From Octopus vulgaris (taxonomy: Eukaryota): a stretch of 64,000 nt of DNA. A program made the position numbers and the translations under genes. The stretch spans positions 20,026,001 through 20,090,000 of the forward strand of contig OX597841.1 in the NCBI GenBank assembly GCA_951406725.2, written 5' to 3'. Positions 42,345-57,500 of this stretch are shown here, piece by piece (within the stretch, counting starts at the first letter, position 1; each line of letters opens with the position of its first letter). The notes below the pieces were generated by a model, which searched no databases, had not been told where the DNA came from, and was given only the letters and a program-made list of their open reading frames with translations.

Positions 42345-45300
42345 CACACACACACACACACACCATCAGCAGACAGCCATGCATATACACACACACACAC
42401 ACCATCAGCAGACAGCCATGCATACACACATACACACACCATCAGCAGACAGCCATGCATACACACACACACACACCATCAGCAGACAGCCATGCATACA
42501 CACACACACACACCATCAGCAGACAGCCATGCATACACACACACACACACCATCAGCAGACAGCCATGCATACACACACACACACACCATCAGCAGACAG
42601 CCATGCACACACACACACACACACCATCAGCAGACAGCCATGCATACACACACACACACACCATCAGCAGACAGCCATGCATACACACATACACACACCA
42701 TCAGCAGACAGCCATGCATACACACACACACACACCATCAGCAGACAGCCATGCATACACACACACACACACCATCAGCAGACAGCCATGCATACACACA
42801 CACACCATCAGCAGACAGCCATGCATACACACACACACACACCATCAGCAGACAGCCATGCACACACACACACACACACCATCAGCAGACAGCCATGCAT
42901 ACACACACACACACACCATCAGCAGACAGCCATGCATACACACATACACACACCATCAGCAGACAGCCATGCATGCACACACACACACACCATCAGCAGA
43001 CAGCCATGCATACACACACACACACACCATCAGCAGACAGCCATGCATACACACACACACACACCATCAGCAGACAGCCATGCATACACACACACACACA
43101 CCATCAGCAGACAGCCATGCATACACACACACACACACCATCAGCAGACAGCCATGCATACACACACACACACACCATCAGCAGACAGCCATGCACACAC
43201 ACACACACACACCATCAGCAGACAGCCATGCATACACACACACACACACCATCAGCAGACAGCCATGCATACACACACACACACACCATCAGCAGACAGC
43301 CATGCATACACACACACACACACCATCAGCAGACAGCCATGCATACACACACACACCATCAGCAGACAGCCATGCATACACACACACACACACCATCAGC
43401 AGACAGCCATGCACACACACACACACACACCATCAGCAGACAGCCATGCACACACACACACACACACCATCAGCAGACAGCCATGCATACACACACACAC
43501 ACACCATCAGCAGACAGCCATGCATACACACACACACACACCATCAGCAGACAGCCATGCATACACACACACACACACCATCAGCAGACAGCCATGCATA
43601 CACACACACACACACCATCAGCAGACAGCCATGCATACACACACACACACACCATCAGCAGACAGCCATGCATACACACACACACACACCATCAGCAGAC
43701 AGCCATGCACACACACACACACACACCATCAGCAGACAGCCATGCATACACACACACACACACCATCAGCAGACAGCCATGCATACACACACACACACAC
43801 CATCAGCAGACAGCCATGCATACACACACACACACACCATCAGCAGACAGCCATGCATACACACACACACACACCATCAGCAGACAGCCATGCATACACA
43901 CACACACACACCATCAGCAGACAGCCATGCATACACACACACACACACCATCAGCAGACAGCCATGCATACACACACACACACACCATCAGCAGACAGCC
44001 ATGCATACACACACACACACACCATCAGCAGACAGCCATGCACACACACACACACACACCATCAGCAGACAGCCATGCATACACACACACACACACCATC
44101 AGCAGACAGCCATGCATACACACACACACACACCATCAGCAGACAGCCATGCATACACACACACACACACCATCAGCAGACAGCCATGCATACACACACA
44201 CACACACCATCAGCAGACAGCCATGCATACACACACACACACACCATCAGCAGACAGCCATGCATACACACACACACACACCATCAGCAGACAGCCATGC
44301 ATACACACACACACACACCATCAGCAGACAGCCATGCATACACACACACACACCATCAGCAGACAGCCATGCATACACACACACACACACCATCAGCAGA
44401 CAGCCATGCATACACACACACACACACCATCAGCAGACAGCCATGCATACACACACACACACACCATCAGCAGACAGCCATGCATACACACACACACACA
44501 CCATCAGCAGACAGCCATGCATACACACACACACACACCATCAGCAGACAGCCATGCATACACACACACACACACCATCAGCAGACAGCCATGCATACAC
44601 ACACACACACACCATCAGCAGACAGCCATGCATACACACACACACACACCATCAGCAGACAGCCATGCATACACACACACACACACACCATCAGCAGACA
44701 GCCATGCATACACACACACACACACCATCAGCAGACAGCCATGCATACACACACACACACACCATCAGCAGACAGCCATGCATACACACACACACACACC
44801 ATCAGCATACAGCCATTCATACACACACACACACACCATCAGCAGACAGCCATGCATACACACACACACACACCATCAGCAGACAGCCATGCATACACAC
44901 ACACACACACCATCAGCGGACAGCCATGCATACACACACACACACACCATCAGCAGACAGCCATGCATACACACACACACACACCATCAGCAGACAGCCA
45001 TGCATACACACACACACACACCATCAGCAGACAGCCATGCATACACACACACACACACCATCAGCAGACAGCCATGCATACACACACACACACACCATCA
45101 GCAGACAGCCATGCATACACACACACACACACCATCAGCAGACAGCCATGCATACACACACACACACACCATCAGCAGACAGCCATGCACACACACACAC
45201 ACACACCATCAGCAGACAGCCATGCACACACACACACACACACCATCAGCAGACAGCCATGCATACACACACACACACACCATCAGCAGACAGCCATGCA

Positions 45301-48300
45301 TACACACACACACACACCATCAGCAGACAGCCATGCATACACACACACACACACCATCAGCAGACAGCCATGCATACACACACACACACACCATCAGCAG
45401 ACAGCCATGCATACACACACACACCATCAGCAGACAGCCATGCATACACACACACACACACCATCAGCAGACAGCCATGCATACACACACACACACACCA
45501 TCAGCAGACAGCCATGCATACACACACACACACACCATCAGCAGACAGCCATGCATACACACACACACACACCATCAGCAGACAGCCATGCATACACACA
45601 CACACACACCATCAGCAGACAGCCATGCATACACACACACACACACCATCAGCAGACAGCCATGCATACACACACACACACACATCAGCAGACAGCCATG
45701 CATACACACACACACACACCATCAGCAGACAGCCATGCATACACACACACACACACCATCAGCAGACAGCCATGCATACACACACACACACACCATCAGC
45801 AGACAGCCATGCATACACACACACACACCATCAGCAGACAGCCATGCATACACACACACACACACCATCAGCAGACAGCCATGCATACACACACACACAC
45901 ACCATCAGCAGACAGCCATGCACACACACACACACACACCATCAGCAGACAGCCATGCATACACACACACACACACCATCAGCAGACAGCCATGCATACA
46001 CACACACACACACCATCAGCAGACAGCCATGCATACACACACACACACACCATCAGCAGACAGCCATGCATACACACACACACACACCATCAGCAGACAG
46101 CCATGCACACACACACACACACACCATCAGCAGACAGCCATGCATACACACACACACACACCATCAGCAGACAGCCATGCATACACACACACACACACCA
46201 TCAGCAGACAGCCATGCAACACACACACACACACCATCAGCAGACAGCCATGCATACACACACACACACACCATCAGCAGACAGCCATGCATACACACAC
46301 ACACACACCATCAGCAGACAGCCATGCATACACACACACACACACCATCAGCAGACAGCCATGCACACACACACACACACCATCAGCAGACAGCCATGCA
46401 TACACACACACACACACCATCAGCAGACAGCCATGCATACACACACACACACACCATCAGCAGACAGCCATGCATACACACACACACACACCATCAGCAG
46501 ACAGCCATGCATACACACACACACACACCATCAGCAGACAGCCATGCATACACACACACACACACCATCAGCAGACAGCCATGCATACACACACACACAC
46601 ACCATCAGCAGACAGCCATGCATACACACACACACACACCATCAGCAGACAGCCATGCATACACACACACACACACCATCAGCAGACAGCCATGCATACA
46701 CACACACACACACCATCAGCAGACAGCCATGCATACACACACACACACACCATCAGCAGACAGCCATGCATACACACACACACACACCATCAGCAGACAG
46801 CCATGCATACACACACACACACACCATCAGCAGACAGCCATGCATACACACACACACACACACCATCAGCAGACAGCCATGCATACACACACACACACAC
46901 ACCATCAGCAGACAGCCATGCATACACACACACACACACCATCAGCAGACAGCCATGCATACACACACACACACACACCATCAGCAGACAGCCATGCATA
47001 CACACACACACACACCATCAGCAGACAGCCATGCATACACACACACACACACCATCAGCAGACAGCCATGCATACACACACACACACACCATCAGCAGAC
47101 AGCCATGCATACACACACACACACACCATCAGCAGACAGCCATGCATACACACACACACACACCATCAGCAGACAGCCATGCATACACACACACACACAC
47201 CATCAGCAGACAGCCATGCACACACACACACACACACCATCAGCAGACAGCCATGCACACACACACACACACACCATCAGCAGACAGCCATGCATACACA
47301 CACACACACACCATCAGCAGACAGCCATGCATACACACACACACACACCATCAGCAGACAGCCATGCATACACACACACACACACCATCAGCAGACAGCC
47401 ATGCACACACACACACACACCATCAGCAGACAGCCATGCACACACACACACACACACCATCAGCAGACAGCAGCACAGCCATGCAACACACACACACACA
47501 CACCATCAGCAGACAGCCATGCATACACACACACACACACCATCAGCAGACAGCCATGCACACACACACACACACACCATCAGCAGACAGCCATGCACAC
47601 ACACACACACACCATCAGCAGACAGCCATGCATACACACACACACACACCATCAGCAGACAGCCATGCATACACACACACACACACCATCAGCAGACAGC
47701 CATGCATACACACACACACACACCATCAGCAGACAGCCATGCACACACACACACACACACCATCAGCAGACAGCCATGCATACACACACACACACACCAT
47801 CAGCAGACAGCCATGCATACACACACACACACACCATCAGCAGACAGCCATGCATACACACACACACACACCATCAGCAGACAGCCATGCATACACACAC
47901 ACACACACCATCAGCAGACAGCCATGCACACACACACACACACACCATCAGCAGACAGCCATGCATACACACACACACACACCATCAGCAGACAGCCATG
48001 CATACACACACACACACACACATCAGCAGACAGCCATGCAACACACACACACACACACATCAGCAGACAGCCATGCATACACACACACACACACCATCAG
48101 CAGACAGCCATGCATACACACACACACACACCATCAGCAGACAGCCATGCACACACACACACACACACCATCAGCAGACAGCCATGCATACACACACACA
48201 CACACCATCAGCAGACAGCCATGCATACACACACACACACACCATCAGCAGACAGCCATGCACACACACACACACACACCATCAGCAGACAGCCATGCAT

Positions 48301-48460
48301 ACACACACACACACACCATCAGCAGACAGCCATGCATACACACACACACACACCATCAGCAGACAGCCATGCATACACACACACACACACCATCAGCAGA
48401 CAGCCATGCATACACACACACACACACCATCAGCAGACAGCCATGCACACACACATACAC
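42345..48460. repeat. 37-bp minisatellite array, about 165 units: CCATCAGCAGACAGCCATGCAT plus (AC)n
   Basis: Period of 37 bp measured directly (e.g. 43581 to 43618); the 37-aa peptide repeat equals 3 units; unit count estimated from length/37. Confidence 0.98.
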
Positions 48461-48489
48461 ACGCACATGCACACACTCAAAATATATGA

Positions 48490-48950
48490 CTGCCATCACC
48501 ACCACCGCCACTATCACCACCATCATCATCGTCATCATCACCACCACCACCATCGTCATCACCACCACCACCACCATCATCGTCACCACCACCACCATCA
48601 CCATTACCATCGTCATCACCATCACCACCACCACCATCACCACCATCAGTAGCACCATCACCACCACCACCACCACATCATCATCATCGTCATCATCACC
48701 ACCACCACCGCCATCATCGTCACCACCACCACCATCAGCAGCACCATCACCACCACCACCACCATCAGCATCACCACCACCACCACCATCACCATCACCA
48801 TTACCATCATCATCATCATCACCATCACCACCATCAGCAGCACCATCACCACCACCACCACCATCATCGTCACCACCACCACCATCACCATTACCATCAT
48901 CATCATCAGCAGCAGCACCATCACCACCACCACCATCACCACCAACAACA
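48490..48950. repeat. Compound (CAC/CAT/CAG)n trinucleotide tract
   Basis: Direct inspection. Confidence 0.93.
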
Positions 48951-49445
48951 ATACCACACTACCTCCACCCCACCATCACTATCAATCTAAATATATCCTC
49001 TTCTTACGTAAATAAACTATTTTCAGGCTGGGAAGGAAAAAAAGTCGAGAAGGAGAAAGAAGCGGAAGGTTAGGGAAGCTGAGTGTGGATGGGGACTGTA
49101 TGGGTGGGGTACCTGAAAAGTGAGGTGTGGAAACAATTTATAAGGAAGTACAGTCTAACTTACACACACACACTCAAACATGCTTGACTGCCATGACCAC
49201 CACCATCACCTGGAATAGCTATTGGCAGTTACATGTATTATTCAAGTCAAACTATTTTGAATAATACGTGGAACTCTCAATAAATCTCTTTCTTCGTTTC
49301 TCCACTCATTCATATATACAGGGTCCGCTTCAGGAGGGGAAAAATCTGTGTAAATATTTTAATTCAGTGTTATTGCAATTTGATAAAACATCAAAAGAGG
49401 TATTTGTATTTATAGAGTTAATATACAAGTCAATGGTGGACTCAC

Positions 49446-49504
<59 letters not shown>

Positions 49505-49539
49505 GTAAATGTAATATGTGACAATTATTCAGTAGCCAT

Positions 49540-49600
49540 GATAAAACTCCGAGTTTCAGATGCTGGGGTGGAAATCCACACTGCCATCTCTTCAGTTATC
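49540..49600 (-). ncRNA. Type I hammerhead ribozyme motif
   Basis: Minus strand GATAA-CTGAAGA-GATG..GTGG.CCAC..CATC-T-GAAA-CTCGGAG-TT-TTATC; next to a PLE GIY-YIG fragment in the opposite orientation. Confidence 0.75.
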
Positions 49601-49669
49601 CGGCCATTGGAAAAATGCTACGAAAAATGACCATTATACAAAAGGAAATTACTCTGTGATTGACCGTTA

Positions 49670-49960
49670 TTAAGACAAAAGAGCTATTCGAGTGGGCCTT
49701 ACAGAGGGTAATTTCAAGGCCAAGTTCAATAATCACACCTTGGGATAAAAGGAAAATTACCAAATTATCCTGTCATATATGGTCATTAAAAGGTAAAGGT
49801 GTCAGTTACAACATCCATTGGAAGATTTTAGCCAAGTGTAAGCCTTACACCAACGGCAGTGGAAAGTGCGGTCTATGTGATATGGAAAGATGGCTCATCT
49901 GGAAAAGCAGCTTAGACCCTGAATTCAAGGACTGAATTTTTCGGGTCATGTGGCCAAATA
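49670..49960 (+). pseudogene. Penelope-like GIY-YIG C-terminal fragment
   Basis: TKLSCHIWSLKGKGVSYNIHWKILAKCKPYTNGSGKCGLCDMERWLI. Confidence 0.8.
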
Positions 49961-50899
49961 TTTGTTACGTTTTTGGTCCCCCCGAGACTACAGATAGAAC
50001 TTGCTTTCTATATTGTGTCCACGCACAAGCTTTTCATCTATTTATACCTTTTACCTATATTTCTTACATATTTTTCATTTTATTTATATTTTTATATACA
50101 TATATTTCTTACATATTTATGGAGAATTTTAAGTTTACTGCTTATATATTTTTTACACATAATTTTTTCTGTATTCTACCTTCCACCCAGCATTTTTCCC
50201 TGTGCGTATAGAGACGTGTATATGGAATATTTTGTGCATGTGTGTGAATGTGTGCAGATATGTGTGTATATAGATGTGTGCGTGTGTGCGTGCATGCAAG
50301 TACGTGCGCATATAGACGTATTTTACTCAGTGTTTTTACACATTTTCCTGTATTTTTGCCTTTAGTCCTGTTTTTTCTTGTGTTAGACGTATGTATAATC
50401 CTTTTTGTGCGTGCGTGTGTGTGTGCGTATATAGACACGTGCGGCTATGTGCATATATAGGCATGTGTGTGTGCGTGCATAATGTATGTGCATATATACA
50501 CGTGCTTTACTCTTTGTATGCTCCCTTATGCCTTTTTCTGTATTGTTACCCTTAACCCTGTTTTTTCTTGTGCTTGTGCGTATGTAGATGTCTGTATGAA
50601 CCTTTATGGTGCGCGTGTGTGTGTGTAAGTTTGTATGTATATGCATATACATTTGGCAAAGGATGTGAACGTTTTCAAGTGAGGGTGGATAAATATATAG
50701 CTTTAGGCACATGCACATGGGTGTACGGGCGCACATGTGTAGGTATGAACAGGCACGCTTACGCGAATACTATGAACCGATAGAATAAGTACTAGGCTTA
50801 CAAAGAATAAGTCCTGGGGTCGATTTGCTCAACTAAACGCGGTGCTCCAGCATGGCCACAGTCAAATGACTGAAACAAGTAAAAGAGTAGAAGAGAATA

Positions 50900-52160
50900 A
50901 AAAATTTGTTGAGTATTGTTTGCTTTGCTGGATGTTTTGATTTTTTTTTTTCCTTAAGAGTTCTAAAAAGATTCATGTCACTGAAATCAAAACTTTCAAG
51001 GCCTGTTTCTAATTGAGTTCTTAGATAGTGTTTCATTTCAGCTGGTGTTGAAGACTCCGGAACTCTTTCATCAACACCAACGTTAGAATCTTCATCTCCT
51101 TCAGTTTCCTTTTCAGATTGCCAAAAGTCATGAATGATCTCATCTTGTCGTTCTTCTTCAGTGATGATCTCTGGAGCAACAACAGCACCTCATCTGCAGA
51201 ACATTTCTACGATTGCTTTTGGGTCAATCCAGCAGGATCGAATCTCCGTTAACATCTATGGCTACATTTGATTCTTCAGCCAAAACAAAACCAGCTTTGG
51301 TCCAACAACATTTGATTGTCTTGTTAAAGACCTTCTTCCAAGCGACATTCAACATGTACATCCAAAATGGGGATCTACTTTGCAACGTCTTGAACAAAAA
51401 TATCCCATTCTGTGTCTTCCATAACATCAATGATCTTCTTGCACAGTTCATGACTGATTATATCCCTGTGTCACAGGGCTGCAGCACTGACATTGTGCTG
51501 GGAGGAAGAAACTGTTAAGGGATATTCTTGCAATCATTGATGACTACATGAGAAGAGCAATTGTCAAGTAGGACCACCACTTGTCTTCCAGATTCCTGCA
51601 AACAACAATCCCAAGATCTGAGACATCTTCCATAGATTTTTTTCCATCATCTAAGCATTGGTTGAAAAGTCATATTGAATTGGAAGTGTTTTGATATTTT
51701 TAAAGCATCTTGGCAATCCAGCCTTTACAATTAAGAGCAAATCTTCTTTGTCTCCATTCATCTTGCAGGCCACCATCAAGGTCACACGGCCCTTTGCCAT
51801 CTTAAAGCCCCTCACAGTTTTCTTGCAACCCTCATTGACATATGTATTCCTTGGTAATGCACGAAAGTAGATCCTAGTTTCATCAACGTTGTAGATGTCT
51901 TGTGGCTGATACAGTTTCAAGGGAAGCTGCACAAAATTGATGATGAGCTCCATCAACACCAGATTCAACTGCATAAAATGTTTAGTTTGTGTTTTCTAAA
52001 GGGAAAAATGTGAACTACAAAGCTTACCTTTTAGAACCATAAAAGAGATTCCATGTCTTTATTGCCAACAGTAAAACCAACATTCAAATGCCTTAAAATC
52101 ATGTCCAATGAGCAATGGCGTTGGCTTTATGCGTTAGGATCAGGCCATTAACATAAACTA
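50900..52160 (-). pseudogene. pogo/Tigger-like (CENP-B/DDE_1) transposase remnant
   Basis: RHGI, IYNVDET, K.RVTLMVA, STNA*M, LLDNCSSH and QPCD motifs with stops and frameshifts. Confidence 0.85.
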
Positions 52161-52779
52161 CTTTGTTACAAGGACATAAACACACCAACACCAGTTGTCA
52201 AGCGGTGGTGGGGAACAAACACAGGCACAAAGACAGACAGACAGACACACACACACATGCACACATGTATATATATGATGGGCTTCTTTCAGTTTCTGTC
52301 TACCAAATCCACACACAAGGCTTTCTCAAGCCTGGGGCTATAGTAAAAGACACCTGCCCAAGCTGTCATGCAGTGGGACTGAACCCAGAACCATGTGGTT
52401 GGAAAGAAAGGTTCTTACCACACAGCCACCAAGAAAAAAAAACATTTAAAAACTGAGATAATGAAGATGGTGGTGACAACAATAACAACACTAACAACAT
52501 TAACAACAATACCAGGTTGGTATTTTACTGGATTTTTTCTTTTTTTTTTCTCTTGACATTTTCCATTAACTCATTGATCCACAAAGAGAGACATATGTCT
52601 ATGGTTCAGATGTAGGTCACACAAAATTCTTTGTGGGTCACGGTGACATCTGTGCATTCATCAAATCATTTATGGAGTTCTGTGTACAAAACTTAACCAC
52701 AAGGAGGCCAGCGAAACAATAGACTATTTATAACATCAGATTTCTTTTGAGCTGCAAGAATCATTAGCTTTTTGGGCAA

Positions 52780-54800
52780 AATGCTTTGAGGCATTTCATC
52801 TGTCTTTATGTTCTGGGTTGCTTTATGTCTTTAATCTTGGCTGGGAGATGGTCAATGCTGGATGCCTTGTTCAAAATCAGGTCATTTATTGCAGATTCGA
52901 TTTCTCCAAAGGTTGGTGTATCATCTAGGCAATTGATGGGTGGTAGTGAAGGGATATTGTCAAGAAAAGAAAGGTTAAAGGGGTTTCTACAGTAGAGGAG
53001 GGTGTTGAAGGGTTCAGCCCATTGTGACAGAATGCCATCTCGGTCCTTGATGAGGGATGTTGAATCATGGAGCCTCTAATTGGGCCAGATGCAGTCTTTA
53101 TGGATTCGTAGAAAGCTTGGATGTTGTTTGTGCCAGCATAGCCTTGTTTTTCTTGTGCTTTGGTCTTCCACCATTTGTTCTGTGTGGTTCTGAGTTTTCA
53201 CTGGACATCAGAGTGGAGACTTGCTCATTGTCTGTGGTTGGCTGCCGTTGGTTGACGGAGACATCTGTTGTGTGCTGCATTCTTCTCATGTAGGAGTGAG
53301 TGGATCTCTGCCGAGTTGTCATCAATCCAGTCCTGATGATGTCTATTCAGAACACCAAGTATATCTTTGGCAGTGACAGAGGTTGCAAAAGTGTCGCACT
53401 CTGACATCAGAGTTTGTCCATCAGTTGGCCCAGTTTTGTCTCGGCATCAGGGAGTTTGGCAAACTTTTGTTCCAATGTTACTGCCAGTTTCTGTCTAGTT
53501 TCAGGGGATTGCAGGGTTCCATCATTTAGCTTCTGCTTCAGCTTTTACTAATGGATAAGAGGATGAATTCACAAGTGTAGCCAGCATCAGATCAAGTGAT
53601 GGTTAGTGCAGCAGTGGGCACTCTGGTGATTTCCACATCGTGCAGGTCCAAGCGGCGTGTGATGGCATGGTCAATCAGATGCCAGTGCTTGGATCTGGGG
53701 TACATCCATGTTGTTTTCTGTTTCTCAGCAAGTTGGAATATCGAGTTTGTGATGCAAAGTGAAAATTCAGAATAAAGTTGAAGGAGGCGGAGGCTGTTTG
53801 AGTTGGTGTCTCCAATGCTGTGCCTACTGAGAATACCATTCCAAATGCAGTATTTTGATCCCACTCTCACATTAAAGTCACCTAAAAGCAAGAGTTATCT
53901 TCATGTGGAATGTGCTGCAGGGAAGCGTAGAAGGCATCTTCGTCCTCTTCAGTTGATGTGAGAGTCGGTGCATAAGCACTAAACAGTGTGGCCAAACGGC
54001 CATGAGTTAGTGGGATGCACATCGTCATGAGCTGTTCACTGATGCCACCTGGTGGCTCAGATAATGATGGGAACAAAGCTGATCTGATACCAAAAGCAAT
54101 ACCATGCATGTAAGGGGGGGGGAGCCAGTAGCGTGACCTTTCCAGAAAAAAGTGTATCTGTTGTGTACATCCGTAAGTGACCTGAGGGTGGCAACGTCGA
54201 TGTTGTAGCATTGGAGTTCTACCACAACAAAAGCAGTGTGATGATTGGGATGGGAGGTGTTGGTGTCGTCCAGTAAAGTGCAGACATTCCAGGTTGCAAC
54301 ATTCAGAGGCTGAATTCTACTTTTAATGTTTTCACTGCATTTGAAAGACAATCCAACAGATGTGGTTACCCATCCTGATTAGCTGTGTGAGCAGGCGTTT
54401 TGTAGGCCATATTTTCTAGGCTGCTCCCCATCTTGGGGTGAGCAGCAGATCCCTAAACAAGGCTTCTCAGTCATCTCAGTAGGACTGAGAGTCTCAGCTG
54501 CTTGTCTGGGAAACAAACAACCATCTTGCTGAGGCCACCTGCGTGCAAACGCAGAACTAAGAGTTTCCAGCCAGCCTAAGCCTACCCCTTCCGTTCGGCA
54601 CCCATCGTCACAGGGCTTCGAAACACAATCATAGATGTAGGAAACGATTGCACTGGGAAACTTAGAGTGGAGAAACGGTTGCACAATCTGTGACCCACTG
54701 ACTTGGCACTGCATGGAATAAACCAAGACAACTGGCTCCATACAGTGCTGCAACATCATGCCACAGACTCAGAGCCTTGAGAAGTGCCGACGTGTTGATG
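52780..54800 (-). pseudogene. RTE-clade LINE 5' portion (5'UTR, APE endonuclease, start of RT), degraded
   Basis: ATWNVCTL, SAYAPT, LGDFNVRVG, TTWMYPRSKHWHLIDH and DWIDDN motifs. Confidence 0.85.
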
Positions 54801-54899
54801 TCACATGGATTTTAGATTGGCGTTATCATCACCAAGGGAAGATGCCACTTTGTAGCTAAAGGACTTCCCTGTCCTGAATGGTTTTGTTCAGAGTTGTCC

Positions 54900-55790
54900 T
54901 TCTAGTCCTAACAGGTGCAACCCCTCCAGACCACTTTTTCTTGCCATTCTGAAGGACTTCCACAATGGAATGATGGCCTGAGTTGTCTATAATAACACCC
55001 AGTCTGACTTTTTCCTGGTCAAAGTCAGTGTCAAGCAAGGATGTGTATTTGTCCCAGTCGTCTTCAACTTTTACATGGCAGCCGTAGCTCTCCATGCCAG
55101 ACATCCAGTCAAGCTGAAAGATGCAATGAGTGTCCGGTACTGGCCAGATGGCAGTATTTTCAATCTGAGGTGCCTGAGATCTGTAACAAAGACATCATCT
55201 CTACACATTTTTGAGTTGCAATATGCAGATGATACAGCACTTGTCAGCCAGAGATCTACTGGCCTTCGAGGCTATCGGACCACGTGTCAGATGCATACAG
55301 CCATGCTGGCCTAGTCCTCAATACTAAGAAGATGGAAATCCTCCAACAGCGTTGCGCTCCTGACACCAACCCATACTCCTCCCATGTTGGTTCAGTCCTC
55401 AACAACACCCTCGATCTGACAGACGATATTCATTGCCGCATTCGTCTTGCCTCTGCTGCGTTTGGTCGGCTAAGTACTCAAAAACATCAGAACAAGAGTG
55501 GCTGTCTACAATGCTGTTTGTGTCTCAATCCTGCTGAATGGCTGCGAGTCTTGGCTGCCCTACCTGCATCATATCAAGATGCTCAAACGGTCTCATATCT
55601 CTCGCCTTCAACAACTCCCTGGCTTACACTGGTGGAACAGGATCCCTCGTATTGAGATACGTGACCGAACAAACAGCCTTGGAAGTCAACAGCAGCAAAG
55701 CTTTACGTGCTCCACTTGCGGATGTATCTGTCTCTCCAGAACTGGACTTCACAGTCGTCAGAGGTCACACAACAACAGATGACATTTCGG
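54900..55790 (+). pseudogene. RTE-clade LINE 3' portion (RT core and C-terminal finger), degraded
   Basis: VKQGCV, DGSIFNLR, LQYADD, LLNGCESW and CSTCGCICLSRTGLHS. Confidence 0.85.
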
Positions 55791-55967
55791 AAAAATACTC
55801 ATCATTTACTCATCATTTTACCAATTTCCCCGAAATTGCTAGCCTTGTGCCAACATTTGAAACCATTATTATTATTATTAAGGCCTTGTGCCTATAACAC
55901 AAAGGAGTATTATTATTATTATTGTGTTTTTTCCTTTTTTTCTTCAAATTTTCTTCCGTTTCTCGCC

Positions 55968-56004
<37 letters not shown>

Positions 56005-56005
<1 letters not shown>

Positions 56006-56220
56006 GGTGGCAAGCTGGGTGAATCATTAGCACACTGGGCAAAATGCTTAACACCATTTTGCCTATGGCTATGGTCTGAGTTCGAATTCCACCAAGGTCA
56101 ATTTTGCCTTTCATCCCTTTGGGGTTGATACATTAAGTACCCATTGAGTATTGAGTTCAATGTAATCGACTTAACCCCTCCCCAAAATTTCAGGCTTTGT
56201 GCCTATAGTAGAAAGGATCA
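56005..56220 (+). mobile_element. Third tRNA-SINE family (Meta-like CCTTTCATCC...GGGGTTGATA domain)
   Basis: B-box GAGTTCGAATTCC; minus copies at ~59975-60180 and ~1135-1205. Confidence 0.7.
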
Positions 56221-56517
56221 TCATCATCATCATCATCATAATTAATAATTTATGAAAAATCGTTGAATCTTTTCCCAAAGCAATAAGAAGAGCCTGATAC
56301 GATTTGTAATGAAAAGAGATTGAATCTTTATTGAAATGAACAAGATTTCAAGAGATCCTCTTCCTCAGGTTCAAAATGAGGTTGGTGTTAGGAAGGGCAT
56401 CCAGCTGTAAAAATCCTGCCAAAACAGTCACAGACATCTGGTGCAGGCTTCTGCCTGGCCAGCTCCTCTGAGACCATCCCACCCATGGATGGGATGATGA
56501 TGATGATGATGATGATA

Positions 56518-56910
56518 GGTGCAAGTATGGCTGTGCAGTAAGAAGCTTGCTTCCAAGCAACATGGTTCTGGGTTCAATCCCACTGTGTGGAACTTTGGGC
56601 AAGTGCCATCTGCTATAGTCTCAGGCCATCCAAAGCCTTGTGAGTAGATTTGGTAGATGGAAACTGAAAGAAGCCTGTTTTGTGTGGGTGTGTGCGTGCG
56701 TGTATGTGTGTGTGTGTGTCCCTCCAATTCTACTTGACAACTGGTGTTTGTGTGTTTATGTCCCTGTAACTTAGCAGTTCAGCAAAGAGACCAATAGACT
56801 AAGTACTAGGCTTAAAAATAATTCCTGGGGTCAAATTGTTCAACAAAATCACATGAAGGTGGTGCTCCAGCATGGCCGCAGTCAAATGACAGAAACAAGA
56901 ATAAAAGAAT
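56518..56910 (+). mobile_element. SINE family A (older copy), preceded by an RTE 3' end at ~56380-56515
   Basis: Head, (TG)n and tail all recognisable. Confidence 0.82.
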
Positions 56911-57167
56911 ATCTACATCATCATCATCATCATCGTTTCACAATAAGATTTTCCTGCTTTTGTGGGTCAGACAGAATTTAAGTGAGATGCCCTTCCTGTC
57001 ACCAACCCTCACCTGTTTCCAAGCAACATAACATTTGCCCCATGGCCAGAGATGACCAGATAATCTCAAAAGACTGAAAATGAAGAACACTTGCTAACTT
57101 GCTTACAGCTATCAAGGAGACAGTAAAACACACACACACACACACACATATACATATGTATAGTAAA

Positions 57168-57500
57168 GGTGCATGGCTCAGTGGTTAGGGTATTGAGCTT
57201 ATAATCGTGTGGTTGTGAGTTCAATTCCTGGACCAGGTTGTGTGTTGTGTTCCAAAGCAAGACACTATTTCATGTTGCTCCAGTTCACTCAGATGAAGAA
57301 ATCATTTGTGATGTCCCTGGTGCCAAGCTCTATTGATCTTTGTCTTTCCGTTGGATAACATTGGTGGCCTGGAGAGGAGAGGCTGGTATGCATGGACGAT
57401 GGCTGGTCTTCCACAAACAACCTTGCCCAGACTTGTGCCTCAGAGAGGAACTTTCTAAGGAGAATCCCATCATCATTTGTAACCGAAAGGGATCTTTACT
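57168..57500 (+). mobile_element. CORE-like tRNA-SINE, same family as 175-505
   Basis: Colinear similarity over the full length. Confidence 0.82.

Noticed and set aside
42345-48460. CRISPR-like repeat-spacer appearance
   Set aside because: The spacers are just (AC)n rather than unique sequence, there are no cas genes, and the context is eukaryotic.
42321-49073. Three overlapping ORFs of more than 2000 aa (His/Thr-rich)
   Set aside because: Artefact of a stop-free 37-bp tandem unit; all three frames give the same peptides and AC-length changes shift the frame freely.
54380-54850. HDV-like ribozyme expected in the RTE 5'UTR
   Set aside because: I could not build the nested double pseudoknot by eye; a descriptor search would be needed.
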